Assembly: GCA_964016885.1 (NCBI GenBank)
Contig: OZ024742.1
Span: forward strand, 70,370,001-70,434,000
Length of the DNA: 64,000 nucleotides
Origin: Eledone cirrhosa
Taxonomy: Eukaryota
Reading direction: 5' to 3'
A program made the position numbers and the translations under genes. Under the pieces are notes generated by a model that did no database searches, was not told the origin of the DNA, and was given only the letters and a program-made list of their open reading frames with translations. How positions within the stretch are numbered: position 1 is the stretch's first letter; each line of letters starts with the position of its first letter. Of the stretch, positions 23,701-35,405 are shown one piece after another.

Positions 23701-26700
23701 ATGCCTCCCAAACGACGAGCGATTGGTCAATCTACCCCTCAAGCAACGAAAAAATATGCATTACGAGCTTCAGAAACATACGAGCAACGGAAATCACGAT
23801 TGGAAACCGTTCGAGTAAGAACTGCTCAAGCCCGTTCATCTGAAACATACGAGCAACGGGAAGCAAGATTGCAAACCGTTCGAGTAACAACTGCTCAAGC
23901 CCGTTCATCTGAAACAGACGAGCAACGGAAAGCAAGATTGGAAACGAATCGACTACGCAATGCTCTCACAAGAAGAATACTGCACGATGATTTCAATCTT
24001 GGTGCATTTTATTACGATTCAAATTGTGATTACAGTCTTCATCCAAGTGTGATTATTGGAAAAATGGATAAATTATGTGGGTATTGTGGTGCCCTCAAAT
24101 TTAAAAATGAAACACCAGGAATGTGCTGCTCGGGTGGAAAAGTGAAATTGCCAGAATTACATCCACCACCTGAACCATTATCAGGTGACACAAGCGAATC
24201 TAAACATTTCTTGGCAAACATACGCAAGAACAATTCATGTTTCCAAATGACATCGTTCGGTGCAACAAATATCGTGCGCGAGAATTACATGCCAACATTC
24301 AAAGTGCAAGGGCAAATTTATCATCGTGCTGGATCACTACTACCACTGCCGGACGCAGATCACAAATTTCTTCAAATTTATTTCATGGGAAACACTGATG
24401 ACCAAATAGATCAACGTTGCAAATTCAATAGGGGAACTAAACGAGAAATTGTTACTGCATTACAAACTTTATTCAATCAACACAACAAATTAATTAGATT
24501 GTTCAGAGCTGCCCTGGAACAAATGCCAAATGATGACTACACAATTGTAGTTAGAGCAGACAAAACACCTGTTGGCCAACATCAAAGACAGTACAATGCA
24601 CCAACAATTGATGAAGTGGCGATCGTTATTGAAGGTGAAGAATTTAACTCGCGTGATATAATTCTTCACCGCAGAAATGGTGATGTTCAGCGAGTCTCAG
24701 AAACGCATCGGTCATACGATGGATTGCAATATCCAATTTTATTTTGGCAAGGAGAAGATGGATATCATTTCAACATCAAACTGAGAAATCCAGAAACAGA
24801 TGAGGAAACGAATAAGAAAGTCAGTGCCATGAATTATTATTCATATAGATTAATGATTCGTGAAAACGGTGAAAATCATATTTTGAAATGTCGACAATTG
24901 TTCCATCAATACATTGTCGATATGTATGCAAAAATCGAAACCAAACGACTTCTCTACATTCGATTGAATCAAACCAAGCTATGTTCAGAAGAGTACATTC
25001 ATTTACGTGATGCCATTCTTAATGATGGCAATATGAATCCTAATGAATTGGGGAAAATGGTCATACTGCCGGCTACATTTACAGGGAGTCCACGGCACAT
25101 GCATGAATACGCACAAGATGCAATGACATATGTTCGAATGACATATTTTGAATGGCAAAAAAGAGGATTGCCACATGCACACATTTTAATTTGGTTGATT
25201 GAAAAAGTCACACCAGATCAAATTGATCAAATCATCTCAGCAGAAATACCAGATGTCAACGTTGATCCAGACTTATTTGAAGTCATCACTAAAAACATGA
25301 TTCATGGTCCATGTGGCTTACTCAACAACAATTCACCATGCATGTCTGATGGGAAATGCACGAAACAATACCCAAAAGACTTACTTGCCGACACTATCAC
25401 TGGCAATGACGGATATCCACTCTATCGTCGACGAGCAACTGAAGATGGCGGCAAATCCATCACTTTAAAAGTACGAAACAATTATGTTGAAGTCAATAAT
25501 CGTTGGATTGTACCATATTCACTGTTACTCTCGAAGACGTTCAAAGCACACATCAATGTCGAGTATTGCAATTCGGTGAAAGCGATCAAGTACATTTGCA
25601 AATATATCAACAAAGGAAGCGATATGGCAGTCTTTGGAGTGTGCAATGCAACTACACCTATCGATGAAATCGACCAATACCAACTGGGACGCTACATTAG
25701 TAGTAATGAAGCAGTATGGCGCATTTTATCATTTCCAATCCATCATCGACATCCAACAGTTGTTCACTTGGCGGTGCACCTTGAAAATGGACAGCGCGTA
25801 TACTTCACAACTGAAAATGTACGTGCAAGGGCACTGACACCACCGCCAACAACGTTAACTGCGTTTTTCTCATTGTGCAGCGAAGATGTGTTTGCAAAGA
25901 CACTACTTTATTCTGAAGTGCCAACATATTACACATGGAATACACCAACGAAAAAGTTTAAATGTCACAAACAGGGTAAAGTAGTTGAAGGACATCCAAA
26001 TTTATATTCGACCGACGCGTTAGGCCGTTTGTACACTGTTCACCCAAATAATGCAGAATGCTTTTATTTGCGATTGTTGTTAATTAACATACGTGGACCG
26101 ACATCATTCCAAGAATTGAGAACAGTAAACGGTCAAGTATGTGCCACTTATCGTGAAGCTTGCCAAGAATTAAATCTTCTTGAAAATGATGGACATTGGG
26201 ACACTTCACTCGCTGATGCATCGAATACTGCTCGACCAAAGCAAATACGCACATTATTCTCAATAATATTGACAACGTGCTTCCCATCAAATCCAAAAGA
26301 TCTTTGGGAAAAATATAAAGACTACATGAGTGAAGACATCCTACATCGTTTGCGTGCAACAAATCAAAATATGAATATTCAATTCACACCAAATGTGTAT
26401 AATGAAGCATTGGTTTCCATTGAGGTCATATGTTTAGCAATCGCTAACAAAACATTGGTACAATTGGGAATGCCTGCGCCGAATCGATCTGTAAACGACA
26501 TTTTCGATCGTGATTTGCAACGAGAAACAAACTTTGATGTCGCCGAATTGGGTACATTTGTTCAAACGAATCTTCCCAAATTGCTACCAGAACAACGCAT
26601 AGTATATGACCAAATTATGCAGGCAATTATAAGTCAAAGCGGCGGATTGTATTTTATAGATGCGCCCGGTGGTACAGGCAAAACTTTTCTCATTTCACTT

Positions 26701-27948
26701 ATTTTGGCAACTATACGATCAGAAAATAATATTGCACTGGCAATCGCATCATCTGGAATTGCGGCAACTCTTTTAGATGGTGGCCGAACAGCACATTCAG
26801 CCCTGAAATTGCCATTGAATATGCAAATCGCTGAGACATCAACAGGCAATATTACCAAAAATTCTGGTATAGGTAAAGTACTCCAATCATGTAAAATCAT
26901 TATATGGGACGAATGTACTATGGCGCACAAAAAATCATTGGAAGCGCTTAATAATACGCTAAAAGATTTGAAAGGAAATGAACAGCTCTTTGGTGGCACA
27001 ATCATTTTATTGTCTGGTGATTTTCGACAAACTCTACCAGTTATACCGCGATCAACACCCGCTGATGAGCTTAATGCATGTCTCAAATCAGCAGTTTTAT
27101 GGCGACACGTACAGAAATTAACTTTAAAAAACAATATGCATGTACAACTACAAAATGACGCATCCGCTGAACGTTTCACAAAACAATTGCTGGATATTGG
27201 GAATGGGAAAATGGTAATCAATGATTCCACAAAATGTATCACATTGCCAACAAACTTCTGTAGAATCACGGCAACCAGAGACGAACTGATTCACAAAGTG
27301 TTCCCAAATATTGCGCAGCATTACAAAAATCATCAGTGGCTCAGTGTACGTGCTATATTAGCAGCCAAAAACACCGATGTCAATGCCATTAATTTCAGCA
27401 TTCAAAACGAAATACCAGGCGAAGCGACAACGTATAAGTCCATCGATACTGTAATGAATCAAGACGAAATTATCAATTATCCAATTGAATTCTTGAATTC
27501 ACTTGATTTGCCAGGCATGCCAGCGCACATTTTAACATTGAAAATTGGCGTGCCTATCATCCTTCTCCGAAACATCAATCCACCACAACTTTGCAACGGT
27601 ACCAGACTTTCAGTGAAAAAGACGATGAACAATATCATCGAGGCTACAATTTTAAATGAAAAATTTAAAGGAGAAGATGTACTGTTGCCACGCATCCCAA
27701 TCATTCCAACAGATACGCCATTCGATTTCAAACGTTTGCAGTTTCCGGTGCGACTCGCCTTTGCAATGACTATCAACAAAGCACAAGGACAATCGCTACA
27801 AGTGTGTGGACTAAATTTAGAAAATCCATGCTTCTCACATGGACAGCTGTATGTGGCTTGCTCACGCGTCGGTAAACCTTCTGATTTATTCGTGTACGCA
27901 CCAGAAGGAAAAACAAAAAACATTGTGTATCCAAAAGCACTTCAGTAA
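23701..27948 (+). CDS. Helitron RepHel (zinc-binding N-terminus, HUH Rep, Pif1-family helicase) with an internal in-frame deletion
   Basis: CGYC..CC; EWQKRGLPHAH (motif 2); KYICKY (motif 3); DAPGGTGKT, IIWDE, GDFRQ, TINKAQGQS, YVACSR. The N-terminus has 23-aa repeats (ARSSETYEQR). Confidence 0.93.
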   Translation: MPPKRRAIGQSTPQATKKYALRASETYEQRKSRLETVRVRTAQARSSETYEQREARLQTVRVTTAQARSSETDEQRKARLETNRLRNALTRRILHDDFNLGAFYYDSNCDYSLHPSVIIGKMDKLCGYCGALKFKNETPGMCCSGGKVKLPELHPPPEPLSGDTSESKHFLANIRKNNSCFQMTSFGATNIVRENYMPTFKVQGQIYHRAGSLLPLPDADHKFLQIYFMGNTDDQIDQRCKFNRGTKREIVTALQTLFNQHNKLIRLFRAALEQMPNDDYTIVVRADKTPVGQHQRQYNAPTIDEVAIVIEGEEFNSRDIILHRRNGDVQRVSETHRSYDGLQYPILFWQGEDGYHFNIKLRNPETDEETNKKVSAMNYYSYRLMIRENGENHILKCRQLFHQYIVDMYAKIETKRLLYIRLNQTKLCSEEYIHLRDAILNDGNMNPNELGKMVILPATFTGSPRHMHEYAQDAMTYVRMTYFEWQKRGLPHAHILIWLIEKVTPDQIDQIISAEIPDVNVDPDLFEVITKNMIHGPCGLLNNNSPCMSDGKCTKQYPKDLLADTITGNDGYPLYRRRATEDGGKSITLKVRNNYVEVNNRWIVPYSLLLSKTFKAHINVEYCNSVKAIKYICKYINKGSDMAVFGVCNATTPIDEIDQYQLGRYISSNEAVWRILSFPIHHRHPTVVHLAVHLENGQRVYFTTENVRARALTPPPTTLTAFFSLCSEDVFAKTLLYSEVPTYYTWNTPTKKFKCHKQGKVVEGHPNLYSTDALGRLYTVHPNNAECFYLRLLLINIRGPTSFQELRTVNGQVCATYREACQELNLLENDGHWDTSLADASNTARPKQIRTLFSIILTTCFPSNPKDLWEKYKDYMSEDILHRLRATNQNMNIQFTPNVYNEALVSIEVICLAIANKTLVQLGMPAPNRSVNDIFDRDLQRETNFDVAELGTFVQTNLPKLLPEQRIVYDQIMQAIISQSGGLYFIDAPGGTGKTFLISLILATIRSENNIALAIASSGIAATLLDGGRTAHSALKLPLNMQIAETSTGNITKNSGIGKVLQSCKIIIWDECTMAHKKSLEALNNTLKDLKGNEQLFGGTIILLSGDFRQTLPVIPRSTPADELNACLKSAVLWRHVQKLTLKNNMHVQLQNDASAERFTKQLLDIGNGKMVINDSTKCITLPTNFCRITATRDELIHKVFPNIAQHYKNHQWLSVRAILAAKNTDVNAINFSIQNEIPGEATTYKSIDTVMNQDEIINYPIEFLNSLDLPGMPAHILTLKIGVPIILLRNINPPQLCNGTRLSVKKTMNNIIEATILNEKFKGEDVLLPRIPIIPTDTPFDFKRLQFPVRLAFAMTINKAQGQSLQVCGLNLENPCFSHGQLYVACSRVGKPSDLFVYAPEGKTKNIVYPKALQ

Positions 27949-28322
27949 AACAAATTAAATGTTCTTATAACGAATTTTCTTTAAATTCGTCAGTCATTCA
28001 GTCATTTAAAGATAAATGTTAAAATCTAAAAAATAGAAACTAAATTACAGAAGTTTTTAAATAACGATTAAAATGTTAATATTATTCTTTTCTAAATAAG
28101 CTTTTTAACACTGAGCAAAGCCGGGTAGCTCCGCTAGTACATATATATATATACAAACATATATACATATTATATATACAGATATAGATATATGTACAGA
28201 TATATATACATAAATCATCATCATCATCATCGTATGTATATGTATGCATATATTGATATTTATGTGTGTATGTATGTATGTGTATATGTATGTGTATATA
28301 TATGTGTGTGTATGTATGTGTG

Positions 28323-28359
<37 letters not shown>

Positions 28360-28503
28360 ATGTATATAATTGTGTGTGTGTGTGTGTGTTTGCATGTGTG
28401 TTTTTATTTTATTTTTCCTTTCCTTCTTCCTTTTCCAGCCTCATTTTCATATAGATTGCATTTTTATTTTTAAAATCCAAAGTCAATAAATACGCCGGGA
28501 TTT

Positions 28504-28564
28504 TTTCATTCTGATGATTGAAAGCAAAATTTTTTTGCTTTTAAGAAACCACTGGTAAATGAAA
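28504..28564 (+). ncRNA. Type I hammerhead ribozyme
   Basis: Stem I TTTCATT/AATGAAA, CTGATGA, stem II TTGAAAGCAAAA/TTTTGCTTTTAA, GAAA, stem III A-CCACTGG-T, triplet GUA. Confidence 0.85.
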
Positions 28565-28697
28565 TAATTGCCCTATGTTGTTTATTACATAACTATTAAG
28601 CTCTGTCACCTACATAGAGCACTCTTTTTTCCTGGACTTTAATTTTCATAAGGAAAGTATATACTGTCGGACGTTCAACCATCTGGCAGAAAGGTAT

Positions 28698-28740
28698 ATG
28701 GTGCTGACGATAGCTAACAAGCTTGAAACTAGTACATCGT
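28698..28740 (+). ncRNA. Type I minimal hammerhead ribozyme
   Basis: Stem I ATGGTG/CATCGT, CTGACGA, stem II AGCT/AGCT, GAAA, palindromic stem III A-CTAG-T, triplet GUA. Confidence 0.8.
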
Positions 28741-28888
28741 TCCTGTGTCAGTGTTGAACAAAAGGGTGACGTGGTTGCCTGAACACTGTACGGCGTAAAT
28801 CAGGCTGTTCGTTTGTTTACAAACGAACAAAGCGAACATTATAATAAATGTTCGGTAAACTGATACGTGCATATATATATATGTGTGC

Positions 28889-28964
<76 letters not shown>

Positions 28965-29114
28965 GCTACTGTACGTCTGTATACATATATGTACGTACGT
29001 ATACATACATACTTACATTTAAGTAAGTGCCGTACTAAGAGTGAGAAATGAAATTTTGTTTCATTCTATTCCATTTACATATATATACATATATATATAT
29101 ATACATATATATAC

Positions 29115-30326
29115 AGGAAGAAATTGATCACTTTCCTCGAGGAAAATGACCACCTGACTAGCACGCTGCATGGCTTTCGCCCAGGAAGAAGCTGCTTTAC
29201 ACAGCTGCTACATCACTACGACTGGGTACTGAAACAACTGCTAGACAGCTCACATGTGGATGTGATATATCTTGATTTTGCGAAAGCCTTTGACAAGGTC
29301 AACCACGGAATGATATGCACAAACTACACGGATTTGGCATAACTGGAAAAGTAGGTGAGTGGCTGCATGACTTAAAGGACAGAATCCAGACAGTCACAGT
29401 AAACGGGGCCCTCTCAAAGGAAACATCAATAACAAGTGGGGTACCCCAAGGCACAGTCCTGGGGCCACTACTGTTTTTGGTGGCTCTCTCAGACATGCCC
29501 TCTGTAGTACATACAACATCCCTCACTAGCTATGCTGATGACACTAAGATAGCACAGGCAATCAAAAACCCAGCTGACGCTGCCCTTTTACAACAGGATC
29601 TGGATGCCATATACAAATGGGCGGAAGACAACAATATGCAGTTTAATACTGGCAAATTCCAAGCCCTATAATACAAACCTGCAACACAAATACAGTACAA
29701 CACAGTTACGCAGGACCAAGAGGGACCGATATCCCCGTGCTAATCGATACGAGACCTGGGTATAGACATGAGCGATGATGCATCTTTTTCCTCACACATC
29801 ATGAAAGTGGCGACAATGTACAGACGACTTGCTGGCTGGATCTTGAGGACTTTCTGGACAAGAGACCGAGACACAATGTTGACACTATGGAGGACATTTG
29901 TCCTAAGCCCCTTGGACTATTGCTCCCAGTTGTGGTCACCCATAGTATCAAACTAACCACGGAGCTTGAGGCAATCCAGCGAAGCTATACCAAGAAGATT
30001 GCCACGATGAAGGAGATAAGCTACTGAGAGAGGCTAAAAGAATTGAACTTCTACTCCTTGGAATGAAGACAGGAGAGATATGCAGTGATCTACATGTGGA
30101 AAATCCTGGAGGGACTAGCACCAAACTTTGGCATAGGGAGCTGGACCAACCGTCGAACACGACGCCACTGTGTGGGGCCAAAGGTCCCGTCTACCACATC
30201 TAGAATAAGGAGAAGATATTGCAATAGCCTGGGGTTCAAGGGCCCTCAACTCTTCAACAAGCTGCCGAGGGATCTGAGAGATCTGCATGGTGTGGATGTG
30301 GATGTCTTCAAGAAACATCTCGACAA
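29115..30326 (+). mobile_element. Decayed CR1/L2-group LINE RT fragment
   Basis: [49 protein letters not shown] across frameshifts. Confidence 0.9.
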
Positions 30327-32288
30327 CGACAGAAAAAGTAATAGCGCAACTAATCAGAGAGCGAATTGATCTAGATGAAATGCAGTTCGGGTTTGTGTCA
30401 GGTAAAAGTAGCACAGACGCTCTTTTTATTGTACGACAACTACCAGAGAAGTACCTATCCAAAAGTAAACCCCTATACTTAGCTTTTGTTGACTTGGAGA
30501 AAGCTTTTGACAGAGTCCCCCGCTCCATTATCTGGTGGGCTCTTAGAAAACTAGGTGTTGATGAATGGCTTGTGAGAGCTATACAAGCCATGTATAAAGA
30601 AACAGCCAGCAAGGTTAGAATTAACAACGAATATAGTGAAGGGTTTAGTGTAAAAGTTGGTGTTCATCAGGGCTCCGTTCTTAGCCCCCTACTATTTATT
30701 ATTTCCCTTCAGGCTATAACAGTGGAGTTCAAGACTGGCTGCCCGTGGGAACTCCTATACGCAGATGATCTAACGCTCATAGCTGAATCATTGGCTGAAC
30801 TAGAGAAGAAATTCCAAACATGGAAGCATGGCCTAGAATCAAAAGGCCTTAAAATAAACCTGTCTAAGACTAAAGTTCTAGTTTGTAGGAAGGAAAATAG
30901 GGCACCGGTCCCATCTGGGAAATGGCCATGCTCAGTGTGTAGGAAAGGAGTACGCAGAAACTCCATTTTATGTCCCAAATGCAAAGTATGGGTGCATAAA
31001 AGATGTAGTGGGATCACAGGTAAGCTAACTAAGAATATAGATTTTATATGTGTAGGCAACACGGTAAAAACCTCCCAGACCCACACTGTAAATGTGGTTG
31101 GTGTTAGGAAGGGCATCCAACTGTAGAAAACCTGCCAGACAGTCCTATGCGAGCAAGACAATCACTCTTGCCTCAAGTGGGAAAACCCCCGTCCAAACCC
31201 ATGCAAGCGTGGAACACGGACGTTAAACGATGATGATGATGATGATGATGATGTGGCCAGTGCTCTTGTGCAATAAGTAGCAGCAAGTGCCCACGAAATA
31301 CTAGCTCATTCCATTGCACAGATGGTTCTATAGAAATAGTGGACACCTTCTGTTACCTGGGTGACAAAATCAGTAGTGGTGGAGGGTGCTCTGAAAGTAC
31401 AGTAGCTAGAGTCAGAACGGGATGGAAAAAGTTCAGAGAGCTTATACCACTATTGGCTGCTAAAGGGTTCTCACTAAAAATGAAAGGCAGGCTGTATGAT
31501 GCCTGCATATGAACATCAACATGGCAGTGAGACCTGGGAATTGCGTGCAGAGGATATACGCAGACTGGAGAGGATCGAAGCTTGCATGCTCCGCTGGATG
31601 TGTAATAGTAATATACGTGAACGGCAAAGCATAAACGAACTAAGGGAGAAATTAGGAATAAGAGGGATCAGATGTTGTTTACTCGAGAGAAGACTACGTT
31701 GGTACGGTTATGTGATGCGCATTAAAGACGACAGCTGTATAAAAAAGTGCAGGGCAATAAAGATAGATGGTAGCCACGGAGTAGGTAGACCTAGAAAAAC
31801 CTGGGAAGACTTGATAAATTCGATCCTCACACACTTACACCTCTCCAAGACAATGTCACTGGACCGAGATCTTTGGCACTACACAGTAATACAGAAGACC
31901 CGCCTTGCCTAAGTACAAAGCGAAACCTACAGTCAGTAGGCACCTCTAACAAAAATATACCCCCAGCCCACTACCCCCACTCCATCCACACCACCCCTTT
32001 CAATGTAAAGTTATGTTGGTACCACAACATCCAGCCCGAAACAAATGAGGTCGTGTAGGTGTCACGACAAAAAAACACACAGTCCACGCTGTAATGTGGC
32101 CGTGTAGGCAACACGGTAAAAACCTCCCAGTCCACACTGTAAACGTGGTTGGTGTTAGGAAAGGCATCCAGCCATAGAAAACCTGCCAGACAGTCCTATA
32201 CGAGCAAGTCAACCAATCTTGCCTCAAGTGGGAAAACTCCTGTCCAAACCCATGCTAGCGTGGAAGATGGTCGTTAAACGATGATGAT
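30327..32288 (+). mobile_element. 5'-truncated, older RTE LINE interrupted by a nested RTE 3' end
   Basis: RT fragment 30327-31052 resumes at 31251 and ends with a 3' UTR and (GAT)n. Confidence 0.92.
31053..31250 (+). mobile_element. Nested 3'-terminal RTE fragment flanked by ATGTG direct repeats
   Basis: ATGTG at 31048-31052 and 31251-31255, with a (GAT)n tail. Confidence 0.88.
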
Positions 32289-32311
32289 AAATACATACAT
32301 ACATATACATA

Positions 32312-33233
32312 CATGATGGCTGCCCCCTCGTTATCGAGTATGGCCATTGCACGAGGAGAAATAAAAAATAAAAAATAATAATAATAATAATAATAACAAC
32401 AACAACAACAACGACAACAACAATAATAATATACATATACATATATATATACACACACACGCACACACATAAGCATATCTACACACACACACACGATAGC
32501 AACTAACAGCGCTGCGATCGAATGTGGCTTTTTAGCCCAGCCAATGATCTAAAATGTCTTGCACAGAGTCGGCAACCAAAACATTCACTGGGAATAGTCG
32601 GCTGTGGTTGGAGTTTGTGTACTTTTGCATGTCGCTTGAGCCCTCCTGCTGATTTACATTCTTTACCACATGTTTGGCAAGCAGCCTGGTTGTCAACCAC
32701 TGGTCTTACTTTATGACTGCGAAGATGACTTTCGAGTCCAGCTTTGCTTAGGCAGAGTCTCGCACATACGCTGCATGTCAGCACCATAGGAGGACCCTCG
32801 CCGTCTGGAAGTGCAACAGCAATGCCCTTCCTCACATCCCGCTTTACTTTCTCGTATGCGATTCGAGATGCCTCAAAGGCAACTTTTCCCTCATATACAG
32901 TCTTTCTCCATTTATTACGATCAGCAGCAATATTTTCCCATGTATCAGCAGAGATGTTAGCGTCTTTCAGAGAGGCTTTCAAGGAATCCTTATACCTCTT
33001 TTTTGGTTTATGTGGCGGTCGTTTTCCTTTAACCAACTCTCCATAAAAGAGTTGTTTTGGTATTCTAGAATCCTTCATCCTGGCAAGGTGACCACTCCAA
33101 CGGAGTCATTGCTTAAGCACAAGAGCTTCTATACTGTCACACATAGAGCTTTCCAAAATCTCGACATCACTGATGTGGTCCCTCCAGTGAACGCCATGGA
33201 TCCGTCTGAGACACATCTAATGGAAACGCTCCA
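32312..33233 (-). mobile_element. 5'-truncated RTE-BovB-like LINE with three C-terminal C2H2-type zinc fingers
   Basis: RMKDSRIPKQLFYGEL..GKR..KPKKRYKDSLK, WENIAADRNKWR, three CxxC..H motifs. The 3' end is ctcgataacgagggggcagccatcat. Confidence 0.88.
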
Positions 33234-33285
33234 ATACATACATACATACATACATAAATACATACATACATACATACATACATAT

Positions 33286-33343
33286 ATGATGATGGCTGCC
33301 CCCTCGTTATTGAGTATGGCCATTGCACGAGAAAAAAAAAAAA
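33286..33343 (-). mobile_element. Isolated 3' terminus of the same RTE-BovB-like family
   Basis: Near-identical to 32313-32354. Confidence 0.8.
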
Positions 33344-33704
33344 ATATATATATATATATGTATATATACACACACACATATATATATATACATACATACA
33401 CACATATATATATATATACACACACATACATATATATATATATATACATACATACATATATACATACATACATACATACATATACATACATACATATATA
33501 TATACATATATATATACACACATACATATATATATATTTATATACATACATACATATATATACACACATGCATATATATACACACACATATATATACACA
33601 CATACATATATATATATGTAGAAGTTATATTTAATTTGTTGGGATACAACAAGCAAATATTTTTATAACTGATATAAAGCACTCAACAAATTATTGGAGT
33701 AAAA

Positions 33705-33852
33705 ATACAATATATTAACAAATGGAAACTATATTTATAAAACCATATTTATTTCATTATATTTGGTGTCCTTGAAATATGTATAATGAAATAAATATGG
33801 TTTTGTAAATATGGTTTTATAAATTTAGTTTCCATTTGTTAATATACTGTAT
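33705..33852. repeat. AT-rich inverted repeat (~57-bp arms, one arm with a 14-bp internal duplication)
   Basis: tacaatatattaacaaatggaaact...tttcattata / tataatgaaa...agtttccatttgttaatatactgta. Confidence 0.85.
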
Positions 33853-33865
33853 GTATATATATATA

Positions 33866-34261
33866 TGGTGGCTGCCAACTCGTTTTCGAGTACGGCCACT
33901 ACTTTATATCCATGTAGGAGAACCCCTACCAATGCGCTGAACGAGTGTGACTTTTTAGTCCAGCCAGCGACTTGAAAACTCTGGTACAAACACTACACTT
34001 GTGACAATTATTGACACATAGTGCTGGGCCCATGGTACCATGTGACGACAAGTGCAGAGAGATCTCCAGATATAAAGCAATGCCTGTGCCGTGAAGCTTT
34101 TATAGTGAGCAAAGGCACTGCACAAAGCCAGTCCCACTCTCTTAACCAAGATGATATTTACCAAAAAGAAGAACAAGTCAACATCATTGGATACCATCAG
34201 AGTTGCAGGTGTTATATCAGAGTTTTCCTTCTCCTAGAATTCTGCCTTGACAAAGGCAGAA
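33866..34261 (-). mobile_element. Second, 5'-truncated copy of the element at 15186-15738
   Basis: Near-identical reverse complement of ~15345-15738. Confidence 0.85.
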
Positions 34262-34436
34262 TATATATATATATACATACATACATACATATATATACAC
34301 ACATACATATATATATACATACATATATATATACATATATATATATATATACATACATATATATATATATACATACATATAAATATATACATATAAATAT
34401 ATACATACATACATATAAATATATACATATAAATAT

Positions 34437-34467
<31 letters not shown>

Positions 34468-34528
34468 CATACATATAAATATATACATACATATATATAT
34501 ATACATATATATACATACATATAAATAT

Positions 34529-34570
<42 letters not shown>

Positions 34571-34574
34571 ATAT

Positions 34575-34617
<43 letters not shown>

Positions 34618-34710
34618 CATATATATATATACATAAATATATACATACATATATATATACATAAATATATACATACATATATATATATATATATACATAC
34701 ATATATATAT

Positions 34711-34741
<31 letters not shown>

Positions 34742-34904
34742 CATATATATATACATACATATATATATATACATACATATATATATATATACATACATAT
34801 ATATATATACATACATATATATATATATATACATACATATATATATATACATACATATATATATATATATACATACATATATATATATACATACATATAT
34901 ATAT

Positions 34905-34937
<33 letters not shown>

Positions 34938-35012
34938 CATACATATATATATATACATACATATATATATATATATATACATACATATATATATATACAT
35001 ACATATATATAT

Positions 35013-35045
<33 letters not shown>

Positions 35046-35134
35046 CATACATATATATATACATACATATATATATATACATACATATATATATATATAT
35101 ACATACATATATATATATACATACATATATATAT

Positions 35135-35165
<31 letters not shown>

Positions 35166-35234
35166 CATACATATATATATATACATACATATATATATAT
35201 ACATACATATATATATATACATACATATATATAT

Positions 35235-35275
<41 letters not shown>

Positions 35276-35405
35276 CATATAAATATATACATACATATAA
35301 ATATATACATACATACATATGTATATACATACATACATATATATATACATACATACAAATATATACATACATATAAATATATACATACATATATATATAC
35401 ATACA
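34262..35405. repeat. (TA/TACA)n microsatellite
   Basis: Directly visible. Confidence 0.97.

Larger units (their letters stand above)
22447..28137 (+). mobile_element. Helitron with intact termini
   Basis: The 5' end is A|TCTATATATATAAAA and the 3' end is ...gccgggtagctccgCTAG|T with a degenerate subterminal hairpin. It is inserted between A and T without a TSD. Confidence 0.93.
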
